Shown here piece after piece: positions 13,601 to 27,126 of a stretch of DNA of 63,554 nt. Position 1 is the first letter of the stretch, and each line of letters starts with the position of its first letter. Source of the DNA: Spongospora subterranea f. sp. subterranea (taxonomy: Eukaryota). Position numbers and translations under genes: made by a program. The DNA is taken from assembly GCA_049724395.1 (NCBI GenBank), contig JAUGWO010000095.1:62001-125554 (forward strand), given 5' to 3'. The notes under the pieces are model-generated. The model did not search any database, was not told the origin of the DNA, and saw only the letters and a list, made by a program, of their open reading frames with translations.

Positions 13601-16600
13601 ATATTTTGTCATTCATTATATTCGGCAGCCTCTTCCTCGTATCACTTTTCATGGGTCAGATACTACACTCCGCTCGCAGAACTACGTCAAAAATCATCTG
13701 TGATTTTTCTAACCGACCACGATCCGAAATGTTTTGTGCTCTAACACTCAACTGTGTGAGGTTTATTTATGTTTGACGCATTATTGTAGGTGTTGTTGTC
13801 GACGAATACAAGAAGAATGTAGAGAAGCGTAATGGGATCATCACCGAGCAGCAGAAAAAGTGGATGGACTTTTACCGCACTATTATTTCGAATAGACCAC
13901 AGGACAATCTGAAACCTCCCATCGAGGAGCGCAAATTGAAACTTCAATCCTTGTCAGTGCATAATATTTGCGTCAATGCTGTTGTTGGCTACAGTACTTC
14001 ATCAATTACTTTCAACTGATGCATGTTGTGGTTTACCGCTTCGTTATCTACTGTTCCATGTTTGTTTAGCATGAACTCCTAATCATTACCTATCAGGTCT
14101 CTGTGGGATAGGTTAAGGCAGCGCTCATTCAACATTTTGAACACTCAGCAGTTCGACAAGGTTGTGCTCGCTTTGATCTTGCTGAACATGATCATCATGG
14201 CGATGGACTACGACGGCGCTCCAGACCCTTATACAACTACGCTAACCTTCATCAATTACACATTTACGGTCGCGTTTTTCTTCGAGATGGTCATCAAATT
14301 AATGGGGCTTGGCGTGAAACAATACTTCACGTAATAGGAAGCCTATATCATTTATTGCCATTTATGCCAAGTCCACCATCAGCTTTTTGTTTTCAGTTAC
14401 TGCAGTTGCCATGTGATTGCAAAAATTACCAGGAACAACCCGTCGAATTGTGGATGTTGCTTTTGTTTTCTTTTGTGTGCCAAAAGCTCTTTTACTGACA
14501 TCTATCCTGACTTCCAGGTCGAAGTGGAATGTGTTCGATTTCATGTTGATCATTTACGCACTGTTTCAACTATTCTTGGAACAGCTGTTTGACAGCGTCG
14601 ATTTCTTCAACATCAAACCTGCCGTATTCAGAGGTCCCTACTTTGATCTTGCTAAATTATCAAAACTCAAACGTTATCAGCTGATTGTGCTAGATTTCAG
14701 TCCAGTATTTTACGTGATTTGTTTCAAGCTTTATATTAGTTGGTTTCCAGCACGACACTCCAATCAAGTTTCACAGTCAGTAAAATCAATACTGCAATCT
14801 GAGTCATATAATTGACAGTAACAAACACTGAAGAAGGTTAACAATAACCCTGTTGTTTTGTTCCATCTGTAGTGTTACGTGTGTTGCGTGTATTCCGCCT
14901 AGTGAAGCATTTAAACGGAATTGGGTCCCTGATTCGAACGTTTATTTTCTCATTACCGGCCCTATACAACGTCGGTGTGCTGTTGCTCCTTGTCTTTTTC
15001 ATATACGCCATATCTGGCATGGCTCTCTTCGGAAGCACTAAATTCGGACAATACCTGAACGAGCACGCCAATTTCCGCGCGTTTCCGACTGCTTTCATGT
15101 TGCTATTAAGATCGTCCACAGGTACATACGACAGTTCAATCACAATTAACCAAATCTAGGGCAATCGCCACTTTGACCTATCGATATTCATCCAGTGTGT
15201 GTGCTGTGTTTTTGACAACTGTCTACGCAAGATCTGCATCTTACGAGAATATTTCTACTGTACATTTTTCGAAAAAATCTGTTCATAACGAAGTTTCAAT
15301 GTAGTTTTCGCTGCCTCCAAGTAATTCCGCCCTATTAGCATCATTTTAATCAACATTTACCTCATACCATGTATAGTATCAATGGCGGTTGACTTCTGTG
15401 TGAGACAGGGGAATCGTGGAACGGTATCATGCATGATTGCAGTGTGGAGCCTCCATATTGTCAAGGAGATGATTGTGGCAACTCTATAGCAGCTCGTTTC
15501 TATTTCATCACATTTCAGTTCCTGTCGAAGTTCATTATCCTCAATGTCTTTGTTGCAGGTAGCTACAAGATAGCACTGTGTTGTTTATAAATAAGAATTT
15601 TGTTATCTCTATTACTCAAATTCAGACGTGTCTGAAAATGAGAATTAGCATATCACGGTTGGCACTAATCTATATTTTGTGGTTTAGTTGTGTTGCAAAA
15701 TTTTGAAGATGAAATTGATAAAGAAGATGAGGACGATGAGATGCCAATCAAAAGTAAGCATGTTGTTTTAGCATCGTTTCAGAAAAGACGCGACTAATCA
15801 ATTACAGTCGACGATATAGTCGAGTTTTCAAGGCTTTGGAATACACATTGCCGCTCTGACATGATGCCTTTGCATCGTTTGTTTAGCTTCCTGCAGGTGA
15901 GGTTTACCGAATTGCTAGAGCGCGTGTATTTAAATTCGAATCACACTCTGTTTTGATCTGTTTTCTGTTCATACTGAAAAAAGCGTTAGGAAAAGGAGCC
16001 AGATGTAATGGTGCTTCTTGTCTTTTTGAAAGTAAACATTATACGGACACCTCCATATCTAAATTTCTTCTATTCTATGAATTTAGAGGCTTACCGCGCC
16101 GATGGTGCTGGAGGCTGAGTTCTCTAAACGCCACAATGTGACGATATTCCTCAAAGAAAACAAGATCGCGGCGTTCGAACCCGCTCCTGGAGTCGGCGTC
16201 GGACTGGGTGCTGAATCGTTAACAGGACGCAGCATCATGTACAGGCAGATGTACGTACATTACGTCGACGTTGCAATGGCGCTGACCGAAAGACTCTTTA
16301 AAAAATTCCATAAAATAGATAATATCGGGGAAATTTCTGAGGAAAGGTATGTCTAACAGAAGCTTTTTTGTTTTTCGATTCTTTAGAGCTTCGAGGCGCT
16401 AGGAAAAACCACAATTTTCCATATTGTTGGATAAAATTGGGTTTTCACCTTGCAAAGTAAGGCTATACTAAATGTTGCTGACTGTTCTGTTATTTATAGT
16501 GAGTTTCTACAATGTATTCGCGCGGAGTTGACTCGCGCCTATCCGGCCCGAGTCAGCAGTAGGTTCGTCCGCCATCCGGCGCATGAGGTCTTGGCCGCGA

Positions 16601-16878
16601 TTGTAATTCAGGCGGCATACCGAGGATATAATGTCCGACAAACCGTTGCCTCGCACGGGGTCGACTACCTCTGTAGGATGATGGAGTCAAGACGAAAAGA
16701 TTCACGTGGCGATATCGTATCCAGGTTGTCGAGGAAGGCCGCTGAACATATCACCGCCGTACCGAGAAAGATCCGCGACCGGATCAGCTCCAGACCAAGT
16801 TCATCTGAGTCAGGGAACAGAGACGTGTCGCCCAGGTCCACTCTCAAACCTCTTGAAACGCTAAATGAGACTGAATAA
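7653..16878 (+). CDS. Four-domain voltage-gated Ca2+/Na+ channel alpha subunit with C-terminal IQ motif, many introns
   Basis: Four S4 segments (RSLRLLRILRPLR, KSFRVLRVIRLMR, SLRALRPLRMVSR, RVLRVLRVFRLVK); four pore loops (TGEGW, TSSNW, TLEGW, TGESW); IQ motif AAIVIQAAYRGYNVR at ~16590-16640. Confidence 0.93.
9220..9335. repeat. Intronic 30-bp tandem repeat, ~3.9 perfect copies
   Basis: Unit TATCAGTTATCTTGGCCAGTTGTGTTTGGG at 9220, 9250, 9280 and 9310 (partial), inside the channel intron ~9013-9373. Confidence 0.95.
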
Positions 16879-17592
16879 TTTTAAACCGGCTATAGTAATG
16901 TATATTACAGCATATTGTAATTATTACTGGTTGTCCGACATTTTATATGTACTTGATGTCCCGTAATGAAAGGTTTTGCACTTCAGACCTTGATAATATG
17001 ACCTGTTTCATGGGGAAACCATCCCTCGCTCTGTAATCTTTATCTTCATCAAACGCCTGTTGAAAAACATGGCTATCTAAGTTAACATCGACGTTCGAAA
17101 TGGTGTGATTATGATCCAGTTAGGCCTGATTGACCAATATCCATCCATCGAGTGTAGATTTCACGAGCCTCATTGCTATCACTGATTGCTGAAGATTGTC
17201 GTCCTCCGTGATCATTGAGGACAAATGTCAATGCTATGATTACTGTAGAAGACACCCTTGGAAAAGTGGTCAGCTTCGATCATGGAGATTTAATTTCGGG
17301 CCCGTGCGGTCCACAGTTTGCTTCAAACTGATTCCACGTTCAGAGTTCAGGCCAATTTTTGCATCATCCAACTGACCGTGACGCTTTCCACCAAGAACCA
17401 TTGGTTGTTTATGTTGGCTACCCAACCACAGTGTACATAACGAGGGTTTGGATGATAAACTCCTCCAAGAACACAATGGTTAAAACTGCGCAACGGAGTT
17501 GGGCCGCGGGGCCCGTGGCCTCACAAAAGCTGCTCTGTTTTTCTACCGCCACCGTCGTGTCTGGCTTTCTAATCCGTGCTCGTCTACCATTA

Positions 17593-18870
17593 ATGGCGAA
17601 AACGGCCCGTACTCGTAAGGAGGACCGGAGCCAGATTCCGTTCTGGCAGCATGCCGTTGCCGGTGTAGTTTCCGGCGTGTTCTCAAAATCAATCCTGCAG
17701 CCCCTCGATCTTGTAACATTAAACACGTCATTCAAACGCCACTTACGTTGCCCGCACGCCGCCCCAAGCGTCATGCTGTGGCATCGCCGGGCAATGTAAG
17801 TGTTGGGCACAGATTCGCTGATTATCTTGTTTGTTGTGGTCTTCAGATCAAAACCCGAATGCAAGTTCAGCAGTCTGGTCTAACCGTCCAGGGAGCTCAG
17901 TTTTATAAGGGATTTCTATCCGCATTTCCGACCATCATTCGTCAGGAGGGTTTTTCTGCGCTTTACATTGGACTATGGCCCAATCTTGTTGGATCCGGTG
18001 TTGCCTGGGGTGCATACTTCTCTTTTTACAATATTGCAAAGCGTATGTGGATTCAGCACCGTAACGGTGATGATGACCTAGGTCCACTTCATCATCTAAC
18101 AAGTGCTGCATTTGCCGGGGTCACAACATGCCTGATAACCAATCCGTATTATATCGCTTGGTTCGTTGTTTTCGATTGTGATTGTAACAGGTATTTGTTG
18201 GCAGAATTTGGATGGTGAAAACACGATTGCAATTGCAGTTCCGCTCGTCACCCACAGCGGGATATGACTATAAAGGAATGACGGACGCTTTCAGGCGTAT
18301 CATTGCCGAAGAGGGATTTTTCGCCCTCTATCGAGGATTGGGCGCTGCTCTAACCTTGGTCTCGAACGGTGCTCTTCAGTTTATGACCTACGAACAGCTA
18401 AAAAAGATGGCTTTGAAACATCTCGTAAACGATCATGACGAAGATAAGAACTCACCTCCACTCATTTTCTCATGATGGGCGGGCTCGCGAAAATGTTGAG
18501 CAGCACAGCGACATACCCACTCCAGGTTCCGGTGCAGGCCTGGGTTGTTGAGGTCGATGATTTACTGGTTTGGTTCACAGGTGACGAAAGCTCGCCTATA
18601 TCAGAGGCAATTACCCGACGCAACCGGCAAGATGAACTCGTATATGTATGGGAGCACTCGTGATGTCTGGTCACACATCATCCGCACTGATGGAATGGTT
18701 GGATTCTATCGAGGTTTATTGCCCCAACTGTTGAAGGTCAGTGCCGGGGTTCCATTTATTCAATAAGCATTGCGCCTGAGATGTTTTTGACGATGCAGAC
18801 GGTCCCGAGTTCGGCTCTGACCTTTTTGGCATATGAAAAAGTCCTGAGGGTTTTTAGACAAAAATCCTAA
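17593..18870 (+). CDS. Mitochondrial carrier, folate/FAD transporter-like (SLC25A32/FLX1 group)
   Basis: Three carrier repeats: PLDL-IKTRMQ, NP-IWMVKTRLQLQ, YPLQ-VTKARL; GLWPNLVGSGVAWGAYF and SNGALQFMTYEQLK. Apparent 1-nt deletion at ~18449. Confidence 0.88.
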
Positions 18871-19175
18871 TTTGTTCGGTCCCGCAGCAAAAGTTATTCA
18901 GTCATCCCCGACCATGTAATATCTCATTTCCACATAAATCTACCGATTTCAACCATATTTTCATGTTGTTTCCCCGCCAGTCGGCACTCAGCAAATAGTG
19001 ATGCGTGGCCTCCGACAGTGTAGTCTATGTAGGTAGTGTTTAGAGATTGACTGGAGTGCCGTCCACTATCAGTGGCGGTTGGGTAAGGGGCCCAGCCTGG
19101 GTCCTTGGCGTTCCAGCAATTGGTTTTTTCTGATTTCAACAGGCTCTTGCCGGAAATCCAACGCGATTTCATTCA

Positions 19176-21289
19176 ATGTCGACGATGCCGCTACCGTCGT
19201 CGCCTGAACTCTTGGCATCCCGTATCCCGCCACCCGAGTTTCCCACCGATGACATGTATGAGCGCATGTGCCAGATCGGGCAAGGCACGTTCGGGTCAGG
19301 GACAATCCCGCCCTCGCCGTTTCCCGCAACTGACATCCCCCTGCCCAGAGTTGTGTACAAGGCGCGAGCCCCAGATGGATCATTGGTCGCTCTCAAAGCG
19401 GTTCGTGTTGACGATCAGCGTCATGGCGTACGTATCGTGTCCGTTATTTTTCCCACAGCGTTGTTAATGCTTCTGGCCCCTTCTTCTCGTTAGTTTTCGG
19501 TAACGTCGGTTCGTGAAATTCAAATCCTCCAAAGTCTGTGCCATGAAAATATAATATCGATCACCGATGTTGTTGCTTCTAAAGGTTTCCCGATCCCATC
19601 CGTTCTTGTTCGCCAATTGATAATTGATTCATGATTTGTAGACGCGCATCTCGATAGAGCTAACGCTCATATATATGTCGTCTTTCCTTATCTAGAACAT
19701 GACCTATCCGGTCTTTTAGACAATCCGGCGTAGGTAGCGTCGCCTTGTTATTTTGTCATCCGGACGTGCGATCTGACGTAGTTGCCCAGGTGTCGTATCA
19801 CGCCGTCTGTGATCAAATGCTATTTCAAGCAGATCGTGACCGCGGTTGCGTATCTGCACAGCAATCAGTATCTGCATCGGGATGTGAAATGTTCAAATAT
19901 ATTAATCAACAATGAAGGTTTGTTCCATGAGTTCTCCTTGTTTAGTTTCTCTGTTGGATTGTTTCTTCCATCGTTGCTAGTTTCTCAACTATTTTGACTG
20001 ATGTTTTGGCTCGAATCAGGGATCGTTAAGCTTGCCGATTTTGGTCTTGCGCGTCCATTTCGATTGGACGGTGAACCCTATACCGGTGAGCTGAATATGA
20101 TTTCTCAAAGCGGATGCTGATTTTTGCCTCAATCAATGCTGTAGATAAAGTCTGCACATTATGGTATCGTGCTCCTGGTCAGTATTTCACGGTAGTTCAT
20201 CTGCGATGACGATCATGTCGTCTCGCAGCTCTGTCTGGATTCGTCTCACAATTGTGTTCAATAGAGCTGCTATTCGGCGAGAAGAATTATGGTCCACCCC
20301 TCGATGTTTGGTCACTCGGGTAATATTCACCGTTTATCTTGGTTTGTCTTGACAGTTCTATACCGAATTTTTGTTTGAAAATCTGTTTGGTCAGTTCACA
20401 CAAATATGAAAAAAAAATGAATTGCTGTAATGTTTTCCACCAACAAAATAATTCAATATCAATTTCTTGTCACATCCTTTGTTTCTATTGACAATGGGAT
20501 GTAAGGTGTGTCTTTGGTGAAATGCTAACCCAAAGACCTTTGTTTCATGGAGCGACAGAACTCGATCAGATCGACCGAATATTTCGTCTTTGCGGGACGC
20601 CAACCGCATTACCGACCACCGGAGCCGTCGCGGTTCCTGCCACTCATTTTTATCCTCGACAAGTCAAACGTAGTTTCGTCAAGGTTGTTGTCTTTTTGGG
20701 ACCTCCAGCCCTTCTCTGAACTTTTTGCAGTACGGCTTGCAGGAGAGCGATTTAATGGACAAAATTCTGGAGATGGATCCATCAAAACGAATCACAGCGG
20801 ATGGGATATTACGCCATCCGTATTTCACTTCATCCCCTATCGCCCTGTTACCAGAACAGGTACATCGATGATTTGAATTTTGACATTTTCTGACCAGATT
20901 GCGGTTCAGGTCCCGAAATTCGATCCCAGTAACGAGTTAAGCGCCGCAAAACGTAAAGGTCTGCCGTTACGATCGCGCCCAGGTTCTGACAAGCCAACAA
21001 CTATTCCTGCATCGCTTGGCAAACGTCAACGATCGTCGTCACCGTCCAAGGCGCAGTCCAACAGTAAACGCCATAGTTATACCCATCGCAGGTTGTTTCC
21101 CACGCCTCAGTTCCCAGCAACAAGACGAGTAAACTTGGTTTTTTGTTCAGGTCGGCGAGCCCCCGTAACGGCAAAGCGAACGGGGATCATAGCCATCGAC
21201 ACCACCATTATCGCGATCGTAATGACTCGTCCACACATCGCACGTTCAGGAGTTCCACCGATGCCTCAGGCGAGAGGAGGAATAGGTGA
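19176..21289 (+). CDS. Cyclin-dependent kinase, CDK9/CDK12/CDKC-like, with basic Ser-rich C-terminal tail
   Basis: Spliced motifs IGQGTFGVVYKA, VALK, FSVTSVREIQIL, YLEHDLSGLL, LHRDVKCSNILINN, LADFGLAR, TLWYRAPELL. Confidence 0.9.
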
Positions 21290-21600
21290 CATGAAGTCAT
21301 TTCACACTACACTGCATATATTCTTTGGATAACCAAAACCAGCCTGTTAGACTATAGACCATCGTCGCCTGTTCTTCCATTGTAGAATAGTTACTCAGGA
21401 TTGTCGGCCTTCGTTGGGCAAACGAAGGCCACTATATTCAATGATGCATAACGATCAACCGGATTTCTGTATTGTTCTTGGTTGAGCCGCCAACGTTTTG
21501 CTTTTGTGGACCTCCACCAAATCAAGAATATCGCAATGGCAAATTGATTTCCGATCGGCACGCGCCCTGGTTTAATTTGAAAGCAGGCCCTGCGCTGACA

Positions 21601-24600
21601 ATGTTGCGGCGGCGCGTCTCGTCTCATTACGATCACGTCGGCCGTGAACCGTCAACCCCAACAGCGCGTCTCTCTCGCCGCTCCCGCATCGCTTGCAATG
21701 TCATCAATGTGGCTCTGGTGTTTTTCGGGTCGATGGCCTTCATCTCCTTGATCATGACGACCAGCGTTCCTGATGTCTTGCTCCGAGGTCAACCGGTCCA
21801 CGCTTGTCTAGGCCGGCTTGGCGTAATCGTGTCCCTTTTGCAGATCCCAGCAAGCCATGGCAAGGGGCTTTGGTACGTGGATCCGGGGAGTTGTTTCCCA
21901 AATCTCTGTACGCGTCTTCCGAGTTACGTGGAGGATCGTGTGAGGTCCATCCCCCCGCCGATATAGACTGGAAATTCGTCCTAGGATGGAAAACACCACC
22001 GCAGGTGAGTTCGCCAAGGGTTTTGCTGTGTCTATTCGACGGGAAGTGTGGTCAAATTTCGTGTATATCAATATCTCGTGGGTCAATAATAATGGCGTGT
22101 TGCCTCAAAGTTCTGCTTATGACAAGATGTTTCACCATATATATATATATGAAATGCTCAATTATTCGCAGGTCGTAATAATCCATTCTCCCATAGGCTA
22201 TCTGCAACGCTGACGCCGGCAATGTCGCCCGCTTCACGGCGCACGGAACGCTGGAACTGGACCATGACAAGTGTTCAGGGGGGATTACCATTCAAACCAA
22301 GGCCTTTGACGAGATCTCCATTCCATCCTCAGCCGTTCAAATCGACGTCCATGACTATGAACAGGTCGGATCCTCATTCCTCGTTTTGTGGGAATCGTCA
22401 TCGCTCCCCCCTTTAGGTCATCGTCAAATGCGTGAACACGGTCAACGATCGCTCCAGCGTTACCTACGATATCCTAACCCGTATCGTCAGGAACGCAACT
22501 CACGACATGTTCCTACGTCAGCAGCGCAAGCAGCATGTGGCGGCCCATCGCCGGGCCCCACATCTCAACCTCTTGCTGATTATGGTTGATTCGCTCTCAC
22601 GCGAACATGCGCTACGCTCGCTCCCGTTGACACTGGATTTCCTGTCGTCGCGTCCCCGCTCCCAGTTCCTCGACTTCACCCGCTTCAACACCATCGGTCG
22701 CGGGACAAAACATAACTTCTCCCCAGTGTTCTTCGGTCGGAAATTATTTGCCTGGTAGCGTAAATGGCGACTACGCTGACTGGTAACATATATGCCCTTA
22801 CAGGGAAAAGCGGGTCGGAATTCGCAGATGAAGAACCTGATGACCTACGAATCCCTACGCTGTTATCAATGTTCGAAGAGCGCGGGTTCGATACGGCCTA
22901 CGCCGAAGAGGTTTCGATTGCCAATTCGACGATGACGCCAGCGTTAACGTAAGCTTAGGATTGCGCTGACAGTGAAGGTTCGATGGGGCGAATTCTGGGC
23001 CGGAAAGCGTTTGAGGATTACGATGAATCCGACCTGAAACAGTTCAAGGTCGCCGGTTTTGATTGTTCCGTTGCCCTCGATACTAACATTCGCTATTATC
23101 AACGTAGGCGCAAGTGGAGCAGTTAGCGCCACATACATTCGCCAACATATTCTGTCGAATCATGCCCTCAATGGGCGTGGGATCCTTCTTTGGTGAAGCG
23201 ACTCGCGATCGTCTCTGTTTTGCAGGTCATCAATTTTAGCGTTCATCTCTTTACTGATTATCCCAAACATTGGAATCCGTTTCAAACGAGTTTTGGTTCA
23301 TGATTTTCTGTGGACCAGGTTTAGCTAATAGAATAATGAAAAATCAGCTTCAAACAAGTGATTCATTTACAACATTGTCGCCCGATTTTTCTGTTAACAG
23401 AGATTTCCAAAACTGACAAAGGAACCGGGGATTAGGCGATTTCATTCACAATCACGTTTTGTCCTACTTGCGACAATTCCTCGGCAGCACTGATCGACAG
23501 ACGGCCGGCTCCATAATCGTCTGGCAAAACAACGTCGCCCATGAAGCTAGCTACACGCGGATCGCATCCCTGGATCGCGGCCTGAGCGAGAACCTGGCCG
23601 AAATCACCGCATCTGTCGACGATGTCGCCATTATCGTCATGGGCGATCACGGATTAGGATACGGTAAATGGTTTCGGAAATGTCATTCCATATTCTTATT
23701 CGTCATTGCCGCTCCAAATGATATTTTTCACGGTTCATGGGCTCTTTACGATCGAAATTTGTTGGGCAAATAATGAATGTTCATCACATTTGTTTGAAGA
23801 AGCTGTTGATTGCTCTTGAATAGGCGATATTGCCGATTCGGCCACTTTACAGTTTGAATATGATCTGCCGTCGCTGTTCATGAGTTTACCGGCGTCATTT
23901 ACTGAGCGTCTTCCCCCATCATCGCTATCGAATCTGATCGCCAACCAACGGTCTGTCTCGCGCTCCACGGTCCCGCTCATGTGTCATCGTCATTCAAATC
24001 GTGTGTTTGCAGGAAACTAGTGACCGGGATGGATCTACATGCGACGTTGCTCGATATGGCTGATCTGGATAGTGCCGGATCACCTTCCGAATCTGGTAAA
24101 AACAACACCAAAGCATTTCGTTGAACGATATTGCTTCTGGGTGATAATTCAGCGCAGTGCTTTCCCTTTGTCTCATCCAACGCTGGTCAACGTTTTCAGG
24201 CATGAGTTTCCTTGGCGATTTGCCGGACAGGTCGTGTTCGGAGATTGGAATCCCGGCGTCCCGATGTTCCTGTGCCACGTTTGCCCGTGAAAACCTGGAT
24301 GGAATGGTAACGTTCTCCACCGTTTGGACCAATGATAAAGGTGAAGAGCACTAATCCCGATGTGTTCCATACCAGGTTTGGAAATCAGTCGCCCATAACC
24401 TGGTGAACGAGCTGGTTGGCGCCACGTCCTCGTTTCCGGAATGCCTCCCGCTGCAGTTAAAATCCGTCAAAGAGGTGCTCAAACACAATATTCCCAGCCA
24501 CGTTCCATTTGTTGGCAGTTTCCTTATTCGTCATCGTAAAACGTTCATGGTTCCAAAGATTGTTTTGTGTTCCGAATCGTCGTGAGTTCGTCGCAGATTG

Positions 24601-25728
24601 GCTTAGGCGTCTGCTTCACTAGGTCCGACGAATCTCAGAGACCGAAGGCGACGTTGGAACCGAATACGAAGTGGACGTGTTGGTCGGTACTCAGCAGCGC
24701 CCAGCAATCGTGGAGAATTTCGTGTTCTCGCTGTCCAAACTCCCTTACTGGATTTCGGTATTTGTCCAAACATTTCCTTGTTTCTGAGTTGTCAAAATCG
24801 ATATCGCCATAGATGACGGCGCCATCAACGTTTCAGCCCGTTAAACGGTTTTTCGTCGGCACCAAGTTCGACACTGAAACGCGATTATTCGGTGAGAACA
24901 TGTTGGGAAATTCCTCCCAGAAAATCACTGATTAAATGGGATCACAGAGGACGATGGGATCGTGTTTGGAATTCCCTCATCGATATGGATGGTGAGCGGG
25001 ATACTGATTTAAAAATGATTTTACCTTCGAAGGGGAAATCAAACGGTTTATGGTTCTCAACCCGTTAAGATAGGTCGCTTGACGTTAATTTTGAAATCGT
25101 TTGCTATTACCGATCAACACCACAAAACACCATAATCTGAAATATCGACGATTTTGAGCCGAACTGTTCTGATAGGTTTTCCAATGGGAGACGTTGCCGA
25201 CGGCGAAACCGGAAGATCCCAAGCGTGTTTTGGAGGCGATTCTGTCCAACAGCACCGGTCATGCACAGGCAACATTCACACTTTACGTGACCGCTGATGT
25301 AAGCGTTGACAGATCAGGTTTTCCAACTGTGTTATGACCCCGGTTTGTAGTGGGATACCTCGTGGCACGAACGCGATTTCGACGGGTTCGCTCTCGGCAA
25401 CTACACAATCAAACTGAGAGATGTGGCGTCCGATACCGATTTGGCTCTGGCCGAGATTACGTTTCTCCCAAAACCGACAACGACCGTGGCGATGGCGAAC
25501 CCGACTTTCGACCGGTATTGGAAGATATCCAATACGATGAGAAGGTGGGGCGGGATCGCCAGTCCGGCCGGAATCAGTGTTGATGAGCTTGGTTCAGGTC
25601 GCCGTTCGCCCCGTATATGGCGTGTATGCCACGTGGTGCACCAACAGATAAATGCATCTGTGATATCCCGCCGACAAATTAAACCCATAAACAAATTTAA
25701 TTCAGTAAAAATCGGAGGGAAAGTATGA
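21601..25728 (+). CDS. Type II membrane DUF229-like (alkaline phosphatase/sulfatase superfamily) protein with C-terminal xylosyltransferase-C-like region; 3' end approximate
   Basis: N-terminal TM segment (VINVALVFFGSMAFISLIM); DUF229-like NLLLIMVDSLSREHALRSLPLTLDFL, FNTIGRGTKHN and IIVMGDHGLGYG; C-terminal LKRFFVGTKFDTETRLF and GNYTIKL...LAEITFL. Confidence 0.7.
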
Positions 25729-25953
25729 TTCTTGACATTTTTCAGGACAAAACTGGTAAAATCGAAAAGTGGCTCAATCGACAGGATTTCCAGGTTGCAT
25801 CATTTTTGTTGATGTTTTGGAGGTAGAGAACCTATCTCAGAATCAGTTTCGAAGCCATGCCGTACCGGCTTGAGTCTTGACACACTGCGCCAGACTTCAA
25901 CACACCAACCACATGGGATATGGCGCTACGGATCTCGTCAAGTGCAAATTGCC

Positions 25954-27126
25954 ATGGACGCGGTCGGATGCGTGAATTTCGCGCGTCTGCTGGATCGCTG
26001 CTATGGGGTTGTGATCAGTGACGACCCTGCCAAGGTCGACGAGACACCGCATTTACAGAAGGTCTGGCGACTTTCGTATTCCTTGATCGGTATCTGATTG
26101 CGAATTCGATGGCGTAGTGTGTGTTTTTACTGCAGAGCCAGCTTGAAATCCTGACGAAGATGGAGGTTTTGCCCCGCCCCGTCGATCTGGATGAGTCTCG
26201 ACGCCGACTGGCCTTTATTTGTGACGCCCTTCACATTGATTCGGCAAAGGCACCAATCAATTCAGTAGAAAAACAAGCTAGACTGCGTACGCCTTATTAT
26301 TATTTCATCATTCGAACTAAGGACCGTTTTCCTCGATTGGAATTGTTTCCCAAATCCGTTGATTATTGCTGCTAAGTTTCAAACTTCGATATAAATATGG
26401 TTTTGTATCAGGTCATGAAAATCGTGCTTTCGTTCGGGAACGATCGGATCTGTTCGGGCCAAGCCGCCCATTTTCTTCATGTGTTGGCATTGCCTCCGTT
26501 GCGCCAGTAGAGAGCGAACTGGACCAAGTCAAGCCGCTATGTTCGCCCCCCGCAACTGAAAGTGTCATGACAAAAAGGAGGAACGCCCCGGCTGTGAGCC
26601 TGTCCGAGGAGTCGTTGAAGCCACATCGATCCATGGCACAAGCGTCGTCGCCTGCTGTGGCCACAAAGGCGTCGATCGATGCAGAGCGCGAGAGACACGA
26701 GGAACTTGGTGGTATATTGGTCGACCTTTCTCAGCGCCTCATTCATCGTGTCACTGATATTGGCAAGCACCTCCGCCACGATAACAAGGTCAGTCTATGT
26801 TGAACGAGTTTCAAATTTTCGTTATTGGCTGTTTTCGATACTGGTCGTGTTTACATTTTGCCATGTTCAGCGTGAAAACTTGTTCATGATTGCGCAAATG
26901 GAAAAGGCACTTATTTGTGTCTGGTGAACGGTTTTAGTTAATTGATGATGTTGGTGGTTTCTCGGGCGGGGCGGTGGAGGAAATCCGTCAACAGCAGAGC
27001 AGTCTCAAGAAGCATATTCGTGATTCGGCCTGGTGTGCATGCGGCACATACTGTCTATTGATTTGCGTCGCGATCTCCTTCATTCTCACCTACCTCCTCC
27101 TAAAACTATTTCCCAAACCGATCTGA
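25954..27126 (+). CDS. USE1: USE1-like ER Qc-SNARE
   Basis: N-terminal VNFARLLDRC; SNARE helix ERHEELGGILVDLSQRL...LRHDNK; C-terminal TM segment YCLLICVAISFILTYLLLKLFPK; stop 27124-27126. Confidence 0.75.
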
